The position numbers were made by a program, and so were the translations under genes. Below the pieces are notes generated by a model. It did no database searches. It saw only the letters and a list, made by a program, of their open reading frames with translations, and was not told the DNA's origin. A stretch of DNA of 64,000 nucleotides. Source: Hyphomicrobiales bacterium. Its GTDB lineage: Bacteria; Pseudomonadota; Alphaproteobacteria; Rhizobiales; OSC116. Within the stretch, counting starts at the first letter, position 1, and each line of letters begins with the position of its first letter. Below, piece by piece: positions 8,261 through 16,856 of the stretch. The stretch lies in NCBI GenBank assembly GCA_013214705.1, contig JABSRZ010000003.1, positions 320,437 through 384,436 on the forward strand. Reading direction: 5' to 3'.

Positions 8261-8695
8261 ATGCAAGCTTTATTTGCTTTAAGCGGTGGTGCGCGCAAAA
8301 ACGCACTTAGATTTAAAATCAAAAACCCATTTATGAATATTCGGCGCGCCAGGCACTTAATAAGTGACGCCATCGCTATGGCCCTCGAAATAATGGGCAA
8401 GGACAGTGACCAAGCTGAAAAACTCATTCTACACAACCTTGAACATGATGAAGACCTTCAACAAGCTGTAAACCGTTTGATGGTGGCCATGCTCATGCGC
8501 GACATCGACTATTCGCCGTTGATTGCCAAGCAAAAAATTATTGAGATGGAATCAGCAATGAAAGATTTGTACGGCAAATTTGCGCGGTATCGCCGCCGCA
8601 ATGAACTGCCTTATTGCGAACTCACACGGGATATTTGTTGCGATGTAACCATGGTCAGAGAGCATTTAAAAGATGCCAGAAAGGCCGTAGCATGA
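8261..8695 (+). CDS. Hypothetical early protein
   Basis: Only the last 144 codons of the 863-aa track ORF look like real coding sequence. The stop overlaps the next start (ATGA at 8692-8695). An alternative ATG lies at 8333. Confidence 0.5.
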   Translation: MQALFALSGGARKNALRFKIKNPFMNIRRARHLISDAIAMALEIMGKDSDQAEKLILHNLEHDEDLQQAVNRLMVAMLMRDIDYSPLIAKQKIIEMESAMKDLYGKFARYRRRNELPYCELTRDICCDVTMVREHLKDARKAVA

Positions 8696-9861
8696 ATTAT
8701 TTGAATACGCCTTTACCTACGCATTATTTTCTAGTTGAAGACGCAGCCAAGCACGGCGTTGAAGCTGCGGTAATTTTGCATCATTTCAAAGTTAACATTG
8801 AAAGAAACCAAAATTTAAATGAGTTTTTTATTGAAGAAACTTATTGGTGCAGCACCAAAATCGATGCTTTACTTGGTCAATTCCCTTATTTCAAAAACCG
8901 TCACAAAATCGAAAGATTGATTAAAAAATTGGTAAATGAGTGTGCAATTGTTGATGGAAATCACAACAATAATCGTTCAGATCAAACAAAATGGTATGCC
9001 CTGCAAACCGCCATAAATCTCAATGCGCAAAACCGAGCATTGGAATGCGCAGATTTGCGCGAAGACAGCCAACCAAATAACCATGAACAAACCCAAAACA
9101 ACTCGCCAAATGTAGCAGAAAACCTCAATGCGCAGAAACACGCATTGCAATGTGCAGATGTGAGCATTCCAATGCGCGGAAGTGAGCATTCTCATAATAT
9201 AACTAATATAGAATCAATAGATAGAGTCGAGTCCGCGCAGGTGCGCGATAATAATGGGTTTGGACTAAAAGAATTCGTTGAACGGTTTAACTGCATACCG
9301 AACGGCAACAACAAGGTTGAAAAAGCTGATGAAGTAAAAATATTTAGATACCCCGCCAAAGTCATGGAGATTTTAGAGAATAATGACCGTGCAGAAATCG
9401 AAGCCGTATTTTCCAAAATTGAAAACAATCACTATTTGCTTGGCCAAACCGCCAGTAAAAAAGGCGTGGTGTGGGAGCTAAACATTGGTTGGCTTACCGC
9501 GCCCAAAAACTGGGAAAGCATTGCCTCCGGTGGTTATGACAAACACGTAACATCAAAAACAAAATCAACCGAAAAACCAGCTCAAATATTGGATTATTCG
9601 GTCAAATGGTCACAATTTCAAAAATTAAAGAATATAGAACCTGTTTTATTGGCGGTGACTAATTTCATTCCAGAAAGCCGATTAGCCCAGGCGATTGTCG
9701 AAGATGGCCAAGAAGACAAGCTTTATTACTATTTGGGCACGTATTTTCGCCAGCCGGTTCGCAGTGGTGCGCCAATTATCACCCGCCAGATAGAATATCA
9801 ATTGCTGGTGCCCTTTTCTGAATACAGAAAACCCAAGGCCACAACTGGCGGTGCAGCATGA
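8692..9861 (+). CDS. Replication initiator candidate (lambda O-like: N-terminal wHTH-like domain, origin repeats inside the gene)
   Basis: ATG at 8692 (M27 of track ORF 8614). Sits in the slot of the replication gene after the cII-like region. Contains an iteron-like array followed by an AT-rich stretch (9019-9222). Confidence 0.5.
   Translation: MNYLNTPLPTHYFLVEDAAKHGVEAAVILHHFKVNIERNQNLNEFFIEETYWCSTKIDALLGQFPYFKNRHKIERLIKKLVNECAIVDGNHNNNRSDQTKWYALQTAINLNAQNRALECADLREDSQPNNHEQTQNNSPNVAENLNAQKHALQCADVSIPMRGSEHSHNITNIESIDRVESAQVRDNNGFGLKEFVERFNCIPNGNNKVEKADEVKIFRYPAKVMEILENNDRAEIEAVFSKIENNHYLLGQTASKKGVVWELNIGWLTAPKNWESIASGGYDKHVTSKTKSTEKPAQILDYSVKWSQFQKLKNIEPVLLAVTNFIPESRLAQAIVEDGQEDKLYYYLGTYFRQPVRSGAPIITRQIEYQLLVPFSEYRKPKATTGGAA
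9019..9222. other. Putative phage origin of replication (iteron array plus AT-rich segment) inside the initiator gene
   Basis: A 36-bp unit CTCAATGCGCA..GCATTG.AATG.GCAGAT occurs at 9019-9054 and 9124-9159 (30/36 identical by hand count, 105 bp apart). Each unit has the dyad CAATGC/GCATTG. GCATTGGAATGC (9037-9048) and GCATTCCAATGC (9164-9175) are present, and GTGAGCATTC occurs twice (9160-9169, 9182-9191). The array is followed by the AT-rich stretch 9193-9222. Confidence 0.5.
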
Positions 9862-10721
9862 CCAACAATTTTCGCAGCATTTGCCGTTATCATGGTGGCA
9901 AAGGGAAACAGGCTCAAAAGATATTGCCTTATTTTCCACCCCATACCGTTTATTGCGAACCGTTTTTGGGTATTGGTAGCGTATTTTTACAAAAACCGCG
10001 CGCCTATGCCGAAATAGTAAATGACCGCGATAGCATAATCTACAACCTGTTTAGCATTATAAAAAATGGTGCGCTGGATGAGCTTTGCCACATTATCGAA
10101 AACACCCCCTATAGCCGAGATGCTTATGAAGTGGCGACGGATATTTTAAACGATTTTGGCGGTGCGGTGTGTGAAGTTGAACAAGTTGCGGCATTCATAA
10201 TTCATAACAGCATGGCTTATCGGCCTCGCCTAAAGGCCGGGTTTAGAGCTGATGTCAAAAGACCTTACACGATACCTGCACATGATTGGACAAGCCAAGC
10301 CGATGTCATCAAAGGATTTAGAGACCGCTTAAAAGGCGTGGTGATTGAAAACAAAGATGCTGTGGAGGTCATGAAAGCCGCAGATACGCCGAAGACCTTG
10401 CATTATCTTGACCCGCCATATATGCCAGAAACGCGCGGAATAAACAGCAAATATAAGCACGACCTAACCGAATTTGACCATGAAAATTTGCTCAATGAGA
10501 TTTTGAAGCTGCAAGGCATGGTGGCCATAAGTGGCTACGACTGTTCATTATATGAACACATTTTGGTGGGCAACGGCTGGCACCGGATTAATTACACGGC
10601 TTATGCCGATGGTGCCCACTTGCGCACCGAATGCCTGTGGCTAAACCCACTTTGCCAGGCAAACCAACAGCAAACAGATTTATTCACCCCCATTTCACAA
10701 AAGGTATCCGCCCATGGATAA
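9858..10721 (+). CDS. D12-class (Dam-like) N6-adenine DNA methyltransferase
   Basis: RYHGGKGKQAQKILPYFP, CEPFLGIGSVF (AdoMet motif), LHYLDPPYMPE (DPPY). Confidence 0.85.
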   Translation: MTNNFRSICRYHGGKGKQAQKILPYFPPHTVYCEPFLGIGSVFLQKPRAYAEIVNDRDSIIYNLFSIIKNGALDELCHIIENTPYSRDAYEVATDILNDFGGAVCEVEQVAAFIIHNSMAYRPRLKAGFRADVKRPYTIPAHDWTSQADVIKGFRDRLKGVVIENKDAVEVMKAADTPKTLHYLDPPYMPETRGINSKYKHDLTEFDHENLLNEILKLQGMVAISGYDCSLYEHILVGNGWHRINYTAYADGAHLRTECLWLNPLCQANQQQTDLFTPISQKVSAHG

Positions 10722-11679
10722 GCAATCAAACGAATATCAATCTGGCCTGATTAGCGCGCTGACTCATATCGACATCGCCCAACACATTGCATTGGATGAT
10801 GCCAGTAAAACCAAAGGCGATGACGGGCAAGATTTAATGTCAGATGCCAAATCATTCGAGAAAGCATTTTCGTATTTAAAAGATTTGCAACAACTTACCC
10901 ACGGCACTGCCCAAGAGCGTGCAATTCATGCTTTGGACAGAGAACAAATTGTCAAAATGGCAAATCTAACCCGGCCTTTGCCAACTGGCCAACATGTTAG
11001 TTTGTTAAAACCCACAGATTCACAACTAGATTTAGCCGCTATTGTTCATAATTTGAACAATTTAACCCGGTTTGGTGGAAGTGCTCAATATATTAACAGA
11101 AAGCCCTATACAGTTGCCCACCATCTGTTAACCGGGTTTCTAATCATCAATAGAGATATACCGCGCGATGGCACACCGCCAGTAAGCGATCTAAACAAAT
11201 ATTGGCTGGCCCATGACATGCAAGAAGGCAGCTTGGGTTTTGACATGATACGCCCCCATAAAGACCTGTTCAAAATTTTAGCAGGTTGGGACATCTTCAA
11301 ATATATCGAAGACATTCACAGCGCAGCCATTCATAAAAAATTAGGTTTGCAATGGCCAGTGCCACAAGATGTGGCCGCGCAGGTCAAAGAAATAGATGAC
11401 ATTTGCTGTGTTAGCGAAGGCATGTATTTACTCACAAACACCCCAACAGATTTGAACGTCAAAGCAGAACCCGTTGATAGCGAGTTTTTCAATGAGTTGA
11501 TGGAATATCAAAACCAAATGGAAGTTTACACTTTGAGCAGACATTTATTTGTTTGTTTTGAAAAAATGTTTCCAGAAGCATTCAAAGATTTAATGCCGGT
11601 TCTTGGTTTTGATAGCGCCACAACATTTAAAATTATCGCCGATCAAGCCGGTGCAAATTTTGAGGTGCAGAATGTCTGA
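10714..11679 (+). CDS. Hypothetical early protein, possible HD-domain phosphohydrolase
   Basis: TVAHHLLTGF and WLAHDMQEGSLGFD give an H...HD-like pattern. Weak call. Confidence 0.3.
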   Translation: MDKQSNEYQSGLISALTHIDIAQHIALDDASKTKGDDGQDLMSDAKSFEKAFSYLKDLQQLTHGTAQERAIHALDREQIVKMANLTRPLPTGQHVSLLKPTDSQLDLAAIVHNLNNLTRFGGSAQYINRKPYTVAHHLLTGFLIINRDIPRDGTPPVSDLNKYWLAHDMQEGSLGFDMIRPHKDLFKILAGWDIFKYIEDIHSAAIHKKLGLQWPVPQDVAAQVKEIDDICCVSEGMYLLTNTPTDLNVKAEPVDSEFFNELMEYQNQMEVYTLSRHLFVCFEKMFPEAFKDLMPVLGFDSATTFKIIADQAGANFEVQNV

Positions 11680-11884
11680 AACATCCCAAACCGCGAAACA
11701 GATAAGCCAACGCGCTGATTTGTCGGGTGCCAAAATCCTAGTCCTAAAACCGATATTCAAGCATCAACTAGCCGAAGATTTAAATGCAAGGCGCGCAAAA
11801 GTCATTTCAAAAATGAACAAAGCCGATAAGAAAAACGCCGACAAAGTGGCAAAAAATATGGGGTTAGTGAATGACAGCAATTAA
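11672..11884 (+). CDS. Hypothetical small early protein
   Basis: ATG at 11672 (M24 of track ORF 11603) overlaps the upstream gene end. Lys-rich 70-aa product. Confidence 0.4.
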   Translation: MSETSQTAKQISQRADLSGAKILVLKPIFKHQLAEDLNARRAKVISKMNKADKKNADKVAKNMGLVNDSN

Positions 11885-12491
11885 CTTCAAAACAGAATTT
11901 GCACCAGCGGTGGAAAATAAAACCAAGTGGCAGACAATCCGCAAGCCTCGCAAGGTACCGTTCAAAGTTGGTGAAAAATTACAACTTTATACTGGATTGC
12001 GCACCAAAGAATGCCGTAAATTACATGATGCGATTTGCCTTAGTGTTGAACCTATAAAAATCACAAGCGATGTATTAGGTGCGCCCGAAATATTTATTAA
12101 TGGTGGTGAAGAACTTGGCATCATTGAAGCCATAAAATTTATTATGGCAGATGGCTTTTTGCTACCCAACAATCATTGGTCAGACGGCAGAAAGCGACCA
12201 GATTTAGCAAAATTTACTGACTTTTTCAAAACTAATGATGGTTCACCATTTGAAGGGCATTTAATCAAGTGGGGTGTGGCGTTCGATAAACTGATGATTG
12301 GCGGCTATTACCAAGATGATGCCGGCAACAGAGTCGAGATACTAGAAGTTCAACCCAAAACACAATTATTGTGGGCTATTTGCACCGATAAAGAAGATAT
12401 GAATGACACCCCGAAATATAGCTGGGATGGCAAAGTATTGGATGCGTACAAACCTAAATTTGGCAACCTGAAATGGCAGGTGGAGCCATGA
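11871..12491 (+). CDS. ASCH-domain-like protein
   Basis: The N-terminus FKTEFAPAVENKTKWQTIRKPRKVPFKVGEKLQLY has the ASCH-type pattern (G.K..T.R ... GD.l.l). Confidence 0.45.
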   Translation: MTAINFKTEFAPAVENKTKWQTIRKPRKVPFKVGEKLQLYTGLRTKECRKLHDAICLSVEPIKITSDVLGAPEIFINGGEELGIIEAIKFIMADGFLLPNNHWSDGRKRPDLAKFTDFFKTNDGSPFEGHLIKWGVAFDKLMIGGYYQDDAGNRVEILEVQPKTQLLWAICTDKEDMNDTPKYSWDGKVLDAYKPKFGNLKWQVEP

Positions 12492-12790
12492 ATAAAATCA
12501 GCATTGCATTAGCCCCGCATACCATCGATGAAATCATCACGCTTATTGGTGACACTGCCGAAAAACACATTCACCCAGATGGTGGACGCGTATCGGTTCG
12601 AATTAAAGATGTCGACTCAAGCGGTGGTGATAATCATCAAGATTTCTATTTCAACCGCTGGCGATTTGAACGGCTTGCAAATGGCGAATGTCGGTTTTGC
12701 AAACCCGTCCATGCGCCCCAGTCAACCATTATAACCGTTGCCCCAGCCCATATAGACGACAACAAATCAGCACCAGTAGGAGTAAGTTAA
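12488..12790 (+). CDS. Hypothetical early protein
   Basis: ATG at 12488 overlaps the upstream stop (ATGA). No motif recognised. Confidence 0.45.
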   Translation: MNKISIALAPHTIDEIITLIGDTAEKHIHPDGGRVSVRIKDVDSSGGDNHQDFYFNRWRFERLANGECRFCKPVHAPQSTIITVAPAHIDDNKSAPVGVS

Positions 12791-12791
12791 T

Positions 12792-13193
12792 ATGTTTAAT
12801 CTAAGCGCCACACCACAAGAGCCAAAACTAACCCCTGCCCAGATAGCCAAAGTGCAACACAGTGCCAAATCATGGGAGCGTATTAGAGAGTATAATTCGC
12901 GCTTTATCGCCAATGAAAACTACTATCCTAATTCAGAAAATAGTGAAAAAGTTGTTGGCACAACCGCCAAATCTCTAATCAACAATGAAATGGTTTTAGA
13001 GGCTATTAAAAAAATCGGCCACGCCGAAACATGTTTTAACATTGTGGCCCAAACCACCTTGCATCAAAGCGCTGTTTATACCGCCCTTAAACGGTTGGTC
13101 AATCTTGGCAAGGTAGACAAGCTCACTCGACCGCTAAACCGTGGCACCCAATTTGTCTATGCCTTGCCAGTAATTAGCGAGGTTAGCCAATGA
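12792..13193 (+). CDS. Winged-helix (MarR-like) protein, paralogue 1
   Basis: N-terminal PQEPKLTPAQIAKVQ. C-terminal SAVYTALKRLVNLGKVDKL is a wHTH recognition-helix-like segment. Similar in layout to the next gene. Confidence 0.5.
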   Translation: MFNLSATPQEPKLTPAQIAKVQHSAKSWERIREYNSRFIANENYYPNSENSEKVVGTTAKSLINNEMVLEAIKKIGHAETCFNIVAQTTLHQSAVYTALKRLVNLGKVDKLTRPLNRGTQFVYALPVISEVSQ

Positions 13194-13615
13194 ATTATTT
13201 TTCAAATATTACTGCGGCGCCGGAACCCGAAAAACTAACGGCTCACCAGATTGAAGCTATACAGCGCGACATTGAAAAACGCGCGGAATTAAAACGTCAA
13301 AATTATAAATTTGGTGCATTCAACCCACATGAAACATTTGCAACCCGCAATAGCATGAGCAAAGAAGAAATAATCAGACGCAACAATTCGATGACTATCC
13401 ACATTCTAAAAGAATTTGATGAACCAATAATGGCCAATGTCATTATCAAAAAAGCCGATTTAAATGAAGCCTCTATTTCATCGGCGCTTGTCAGAATGGT
13501 TAAATCTGGCGTGATTAAAAAACTACGCTTCAACATCAAAACAATTTCACGAAACCTGTATGTGATGCATGACGCACCATTTGATACCGCCAAATTCAAG
13601 GAGGTGAGCGCATGA
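13190..13615 (+). CDS. Winged-helix (MarR-like) protein, paralogue 2
   Basis: N-terminal PEPEKLTAHQIEAIQ. C-terminal ASISSALVRMVKSGVIKKL. ATGA overlap with both neighbours. Confidence 0.5.
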   Translation: MNYFSNITAAPEPEKLTAHQIEAIQRDIEKRAELKRQNYKFGAFNPHETFATRNSMSKEEIIRRNNSMTIHILKEFDEPIMANVIIKKADLNEASISSALVRMVKSGVIKKLRFNIKTISRNLYVMHDAPFDTAKFKEVSA

Positions 13616-14289
13616 GTGAGACGAACCTAAAGTCTAAACTAAGCCAAGCCGGCTACCCAGTGCGCGAAAGTGCAGATTTTTTCACGCCGCATTGGGTAAC
13701 GCAAGATTGCCTATTGCCCCACATTAAATTTGCCGAAAATATATTGGAACCTGCGGTGGGTGATGGTGGCATTAAAAATGTGTTTGTCGCGTATGGCCAC
13801 ACGGTGATGGGCATCGATATAAACCCGGATAGAGCCGTTGATTTACAAATGAGCTTTTTAGATTTTACCAACCCCGACAATATCCCATTCGATATTGTTT
13901 CAAACCCGCCATATTTCAAACCGCATAACATTGATATTAAATTCATCAAACACGCTTTGGCGCTAACCAAGCCCCATGGCGGCATTGTGGCAATGCTTTT
14001 GCCCATGCAATATGACTTTGGCACCACACGCGGCGAAATATTTGCAAATTGCCCAGAGGCTAAACATCAAATCAAACTACGCCGCCGCATAGCTTGGAGC
14101 AACGTAAAACCAAAGCGCGACAAAAACGGCAAAGTGGTTGGCCCTACCAAAAACCATGTTTGGTACGTTTGGGAGCATGGCAACAATATGCCCAGTACAA
14201 CGCTTTACGCGCCCGTGGCTAATGCCGAGCAACACCCGGTGCTAGAAACCTTCCCAGACTACAAAAAACGCATGGGGGCTTGGGTATGA
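13612..14289 (+). CDS. N6-adenine DNA methyltransferase (NPPY type)
   Basis: ILEPAVGDGGI (AdoMet motif) precedes FDIVSNPPYFKP (catalytic NPPY). Confidence 0.75.
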   Translation: MSETNLKSKLSQAGYPVRESADFFTPHWVTQDCLLPHIKFAENILEPAVGDGGIKNVFVAYGHTVMGIDINPDRAVDLQMSFLDFTNPDNIPFDIVSNPPYFKPHNIDIKFIKHALALTKPHGGIVAMLLPMQYDFGTTRGEIFANCPEAKHQIKLRRRIAWSNVKPKRDKNGKVVGPTKNHVWYVWEHGNNMPSTTLYAPVANAEQHPVLETFPDYKKRMGAWV

Positions 14290-14492
14290 ATATAGAAATT
14301 AGCCATGGTGACGATATTTTAGCTAGCTATCATGCCGAACTTGCACCCAGTGTTGGCGATAAAGTTATATTCTACGATACCAATATACAAAATAATTATG
14401 AGGTTATATCGAGAGAATTTTGTTTTTTTCCGGATGGCAATGGCGGCAGAACTTGCGGAGTCGTGATTTGTATTAAGGCGGTGGGAAAATGA
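14286..14492 (+). CDS. Hypothetical small early protein
   Basis: ATG at 14286 overlaps the upstream stop (ATGA). Ends in ...AVGK, in the repeated 17-mer junction. Confidence 0.4.
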   Translation: MNIEISHGDDILASYHAELAPSVGDKVIFYDTNIQNNYEVISREFCFFPDGNGGRTCGVVICIKAVGK

Positions 14493-14674
14493 ACAGATAT
14501 GGCACCAACCAAACCATTGTAGATTCAAAATCAACCGAGCGGCCCAAGCGTTGCACTCACAAGAGTTTCTATTACGGTTGCTGGGAAAATGTGGCACCAG
14601 GCAGCGATAAATTTTGCGTCAAACATTTCAACGAACGCCTAGCACGATTTGGCATAGAGGCGGTGGGAAAATGA
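14489..14674 (+). CDS. Hypothetical small Cys-rich early protein
   Basis: RCTHKSFYYGCWENVAPGSDKFCVKHF. ATGA overlaps at both ends. Confidence 0.4.
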   Translation: MNRYGTNQTIVDSKSTERPKRCTHKSFYYGCWENVAPGSDKFCVKHFNERLARFGIEAVGK

Positions 14675-15153
14675 TGAATATTCACAAATATTTCGCAGGT
14701 GCGATTTTTATCTCAACATTTGGTTATACTTTTTTTGCCGAAATACTAAATCAACCTGACATTATCGCGTTGGCTTCAATCAACATGCTCATGTTGGGCA
14801 TCACATTGGCGGCACAACAGCTAATTGTCGCTGATATGAAAATACTAAAATTTTATCACCAAGTGAGCAAGCATCAACCAAATATGCTAAATTTACATGT
14901 TGCCCAGCAGTATTTTAAAGCCACCATCACCTGCTTTGTTTCAAACTTGTTTTTCTTAATTTGCCACGGCTTATTTGGCTATACCAGTTTTGAAATCGAC
15001 CAGAGTTATAATTTTGAAATAAACCAATTATTAGCTTCAATAATAGTTGGGGTTAGCATGGTTTCTGTCTTTTTCATGCTTTTGAATGTCCAATTATTTA
15101 GCCACCATTTCTTAATTTCAGCCCATGAAAAAGAAAAGGGTGTCGATAAATGA
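14671..15153 (+). CDS. Hypothetical membrane protein (about 4 TM helices)
   Basis: ATG at 14671 (M20 of track ORF 14614). Hydrophobic segments FAGAIFISTFGYTFF, LASINMLMLGITLAA, FVSNLFFLICHGLFG, LASIIVGVSMVSVFFMLL. Confidence 0.5.
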   Translation: MMNIHKYFAGAIFISTFGYTFFAEILNQPDIIALASINMLMLGITLAAQQLIVADMKILKFYHQVSKHQPNMLNLHVAQQYFKATITCFVSNLFFLICHGLFGYTSFEIDQSYNFEINQLLASIIVGVSMVSVFFMLLNVQLFSHHFLISAHEKEKGVDK

Positions 15154-15557
15154 TTCAGCTTAATTCACTCCAAAAATCAATTTTGCGCGATGCCGGCCAC
15201 CCAGCCATTCCCGTGCCAATTCACCCGACAAAAGAGATATTATATAAGGGCTTCAAAATGGTGTTTTCAAGTGTAGATACTGGCCAAGATATTTTGAAAG
15301 TGGGCAACCCATGTTTGGTGTTTTTTAAGCATAGCCAACCAGATGTCAACTTGCATTTGTCCGAAATAATAATTGATAACACTGGCCGGTCAATCGTCGA
15401 TTTTCAACGCTCGAATTACGATTTTCCACAAACTGGTGTTTTGATTGGTAGCCATTTTGCAGACTATATAGAAGCATTTAAAATGATGAAAAACTCGATA
15501 AATTATTTTATAAGATCAATTAGTTATGAGCATAAATTAAAGTATAAGATCACATGA
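15150..15557 (+). CDS. Hypothetical early protein
   Basis: Co-directional ORF with start/stop overlaps. No motif recognised. Confidence 0.45.
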   Translation: MIQLNSLQKSILRDAGHPAIPVPIHPTKEILYKGFKMVFSSVDTGQDILKVGNPCLVFFKHSQPDVNLHLSEIIIDNTGRSIVDFQRSNYDFPQTGVLIGSHFADYIEAFKMMKNSINYFIRSISYEHKLKYKIT

Positions 15558-15823
15558 GCTATGCAACACCAAAACGCGATTATAATTATTTGCAGTCTCT
15601 ATCTGGCCAAATTGACCAAGGTGATTTGATGTGGGGCAACATGCGGGTGATGTTTATGGATTTACTCCAAAACCCAACTCAAAAAGTTGCCGACAATTAT
15701 TATAATCGATTCATAAAAAACTGGTTCGAACGCAACAATTGGTGCGCGCCATTTACCGATAAAAGAACGCTAGCCATAGCCAAAAAATACAAAGTTGAAT
15801 TAACCCAACCAAAAGGAGAATAA
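15554..15823 (+). CDS. Hypothetical early protein
   Basis: Co-directional ORF with ATGA overlap. No motif recognised. Confidence 0.45.
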   Translation: MSYATPKRDYNYLQSLSGQIDQGDLMWGNMRVMFMDLLQNPTQKVADNYYNRFIKNWFERNNWCAPFTDKRTLAIAKKYKVELTQPKGE

Positions 15824-15827
15824 TCAG

Positions 15828-16454
15828 ATGAAATATTACATTGCAAAAAGTGGACAGGCAAAACAAACACTCGATGGCATCCGAGGATTGATTGGCAAAA
15901 ACAATAAAATCTGGTTTGATTTTGCGCACGAAATAGGCGCGTCTGGTATTTTGCGAGGCAGGTCATATGAGCAACCACGGGCATTCGTTTTTAAAGATGA
16001 TAAAGGCAATTTTACCAGCCCTAAAGGTTGGCTAAAACCTGTAAAACACGGCGCAACAATGCCGTTCAAAACCAATAAAATAATGTTGCAAAAAATATCG
16101 GCATTACCCGAAACAGTCAAGGTAGACCAAATTATCAGCCAAACATTTAATCTGCCTTTAGAAATTCGGGGTGAGAATTTTGGTTGCTCCTTTGGTTCTA
16201 ATTTTTGGTTGGAGATTTTCACCATTTCATGGACCAGCCTAGAAACACCCGTAATTGTCGGAATGCCAGACTATCAAAAGATAATAGCCAATGAAAAAAA
16301 TGGCGAAAACCGCAAAACCAACTTGGATGATTTTAAAGGCATTCCAGATGGATTTGTCGAGGTATCAGAAGAACAGGTGGAATACTGGTTTGCCGAAAAC
16401 AAATTGAAAAATCAAAAAACTGCCCTAGCAGAACAAAACGCCATAGCGGCATAA
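15828..16454 (+). CDS. Hypothetical early protein
   Basis: Co-directional ORF behind AAAGGAGAA. No motif recognised. Confidence 0.5.
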   Translation: MKYYIAKSGQAKQTLDGIRGLIGKNNKIWFDFAHEIGASGILRGRSYEQPRAFVFKDDKGNFTSPKGWLKPVKHGATMPFKTNKIMLQKISALPETVKVDQIISQTFNLPLEIRGENFGCSFGSNFWLEIFTISWTSLETPVIVGMPDYQKIIANEKNGENRKTNLDDFKGIPDGFVEVSEEQVEYWFAENKLKNQKTALAEQNAIAA

Positions 16455-16476
16455 CCCAACCAAAAGGAATAATAAC

Positions 16477-16749
16477 ATGGATATTGAAGGCTTAAATGAT
16501 GGCGTAGGCGGTTCTGGTGTAGCTCGTGACCGGCTAAAGAGTTTTATAGAGCGCGCAGAGCGGCTAGAACAAGAAAAGAAGGCCATAACCGATGATATGA
16601 AAGAAGTGTTTTCCGAGGCCAAAGGTGAAGGCTTTGACGTAAAAGTCATTCGCTTGATTTTGGCCATTCGCAAACAAGATTCAAACGAACGCAGCGAACA
16701 AGAAGCCATTCTTGATTTATACCTCCGCGCCCTTGAAATGGACCAGTAG
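16477..16749 (+). CDS. GapR/DUF2312 (UPF0335) family DNA-binding protein, phage-encoded
   Basis: [52 protein letters not shown]...[15 protein letters not shown] matches the DUF2312/GapR pattern as I recall it. Confidence 0.7.
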   Translation: MDIEGLNDGVGGSGVARDRLKSFIERAERLEQEKKAITDDMKEVFSEAKGEGFDVKVIRLILAIRKQDSNERSEQEAILDLYLRALEMDQ

Positions 16750-16856
16750 TAAAAAACATAAATAACAGCAAGGTAACATCAATTAATATTAATGTTTGAT
16801 ATATTTCATAAATTAGACTAATGTACAATAATTTAAATACTATAATAGAGGTAAAT

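Noticed and set aside
9019-9191. Repeat arrays (origin repeats; also the tail-fibre repeats at 43164-43710), checked as possible CRISPR arrays
   Set aside because: Both lie inside coding sequence and are in-frame protein repeats or dyad sites. They lack the regular repeat-spacer periodicity, and no cas genes are present in the window.
16750-16856. AT-rich imperfect hairpin AACATCAATTAATATTAATGTT after the GapR-like gene, considered as a terminator
   Set aside because: The stem is interrupted and almost entirely A-T, and no T-run follows. Too weak to call.
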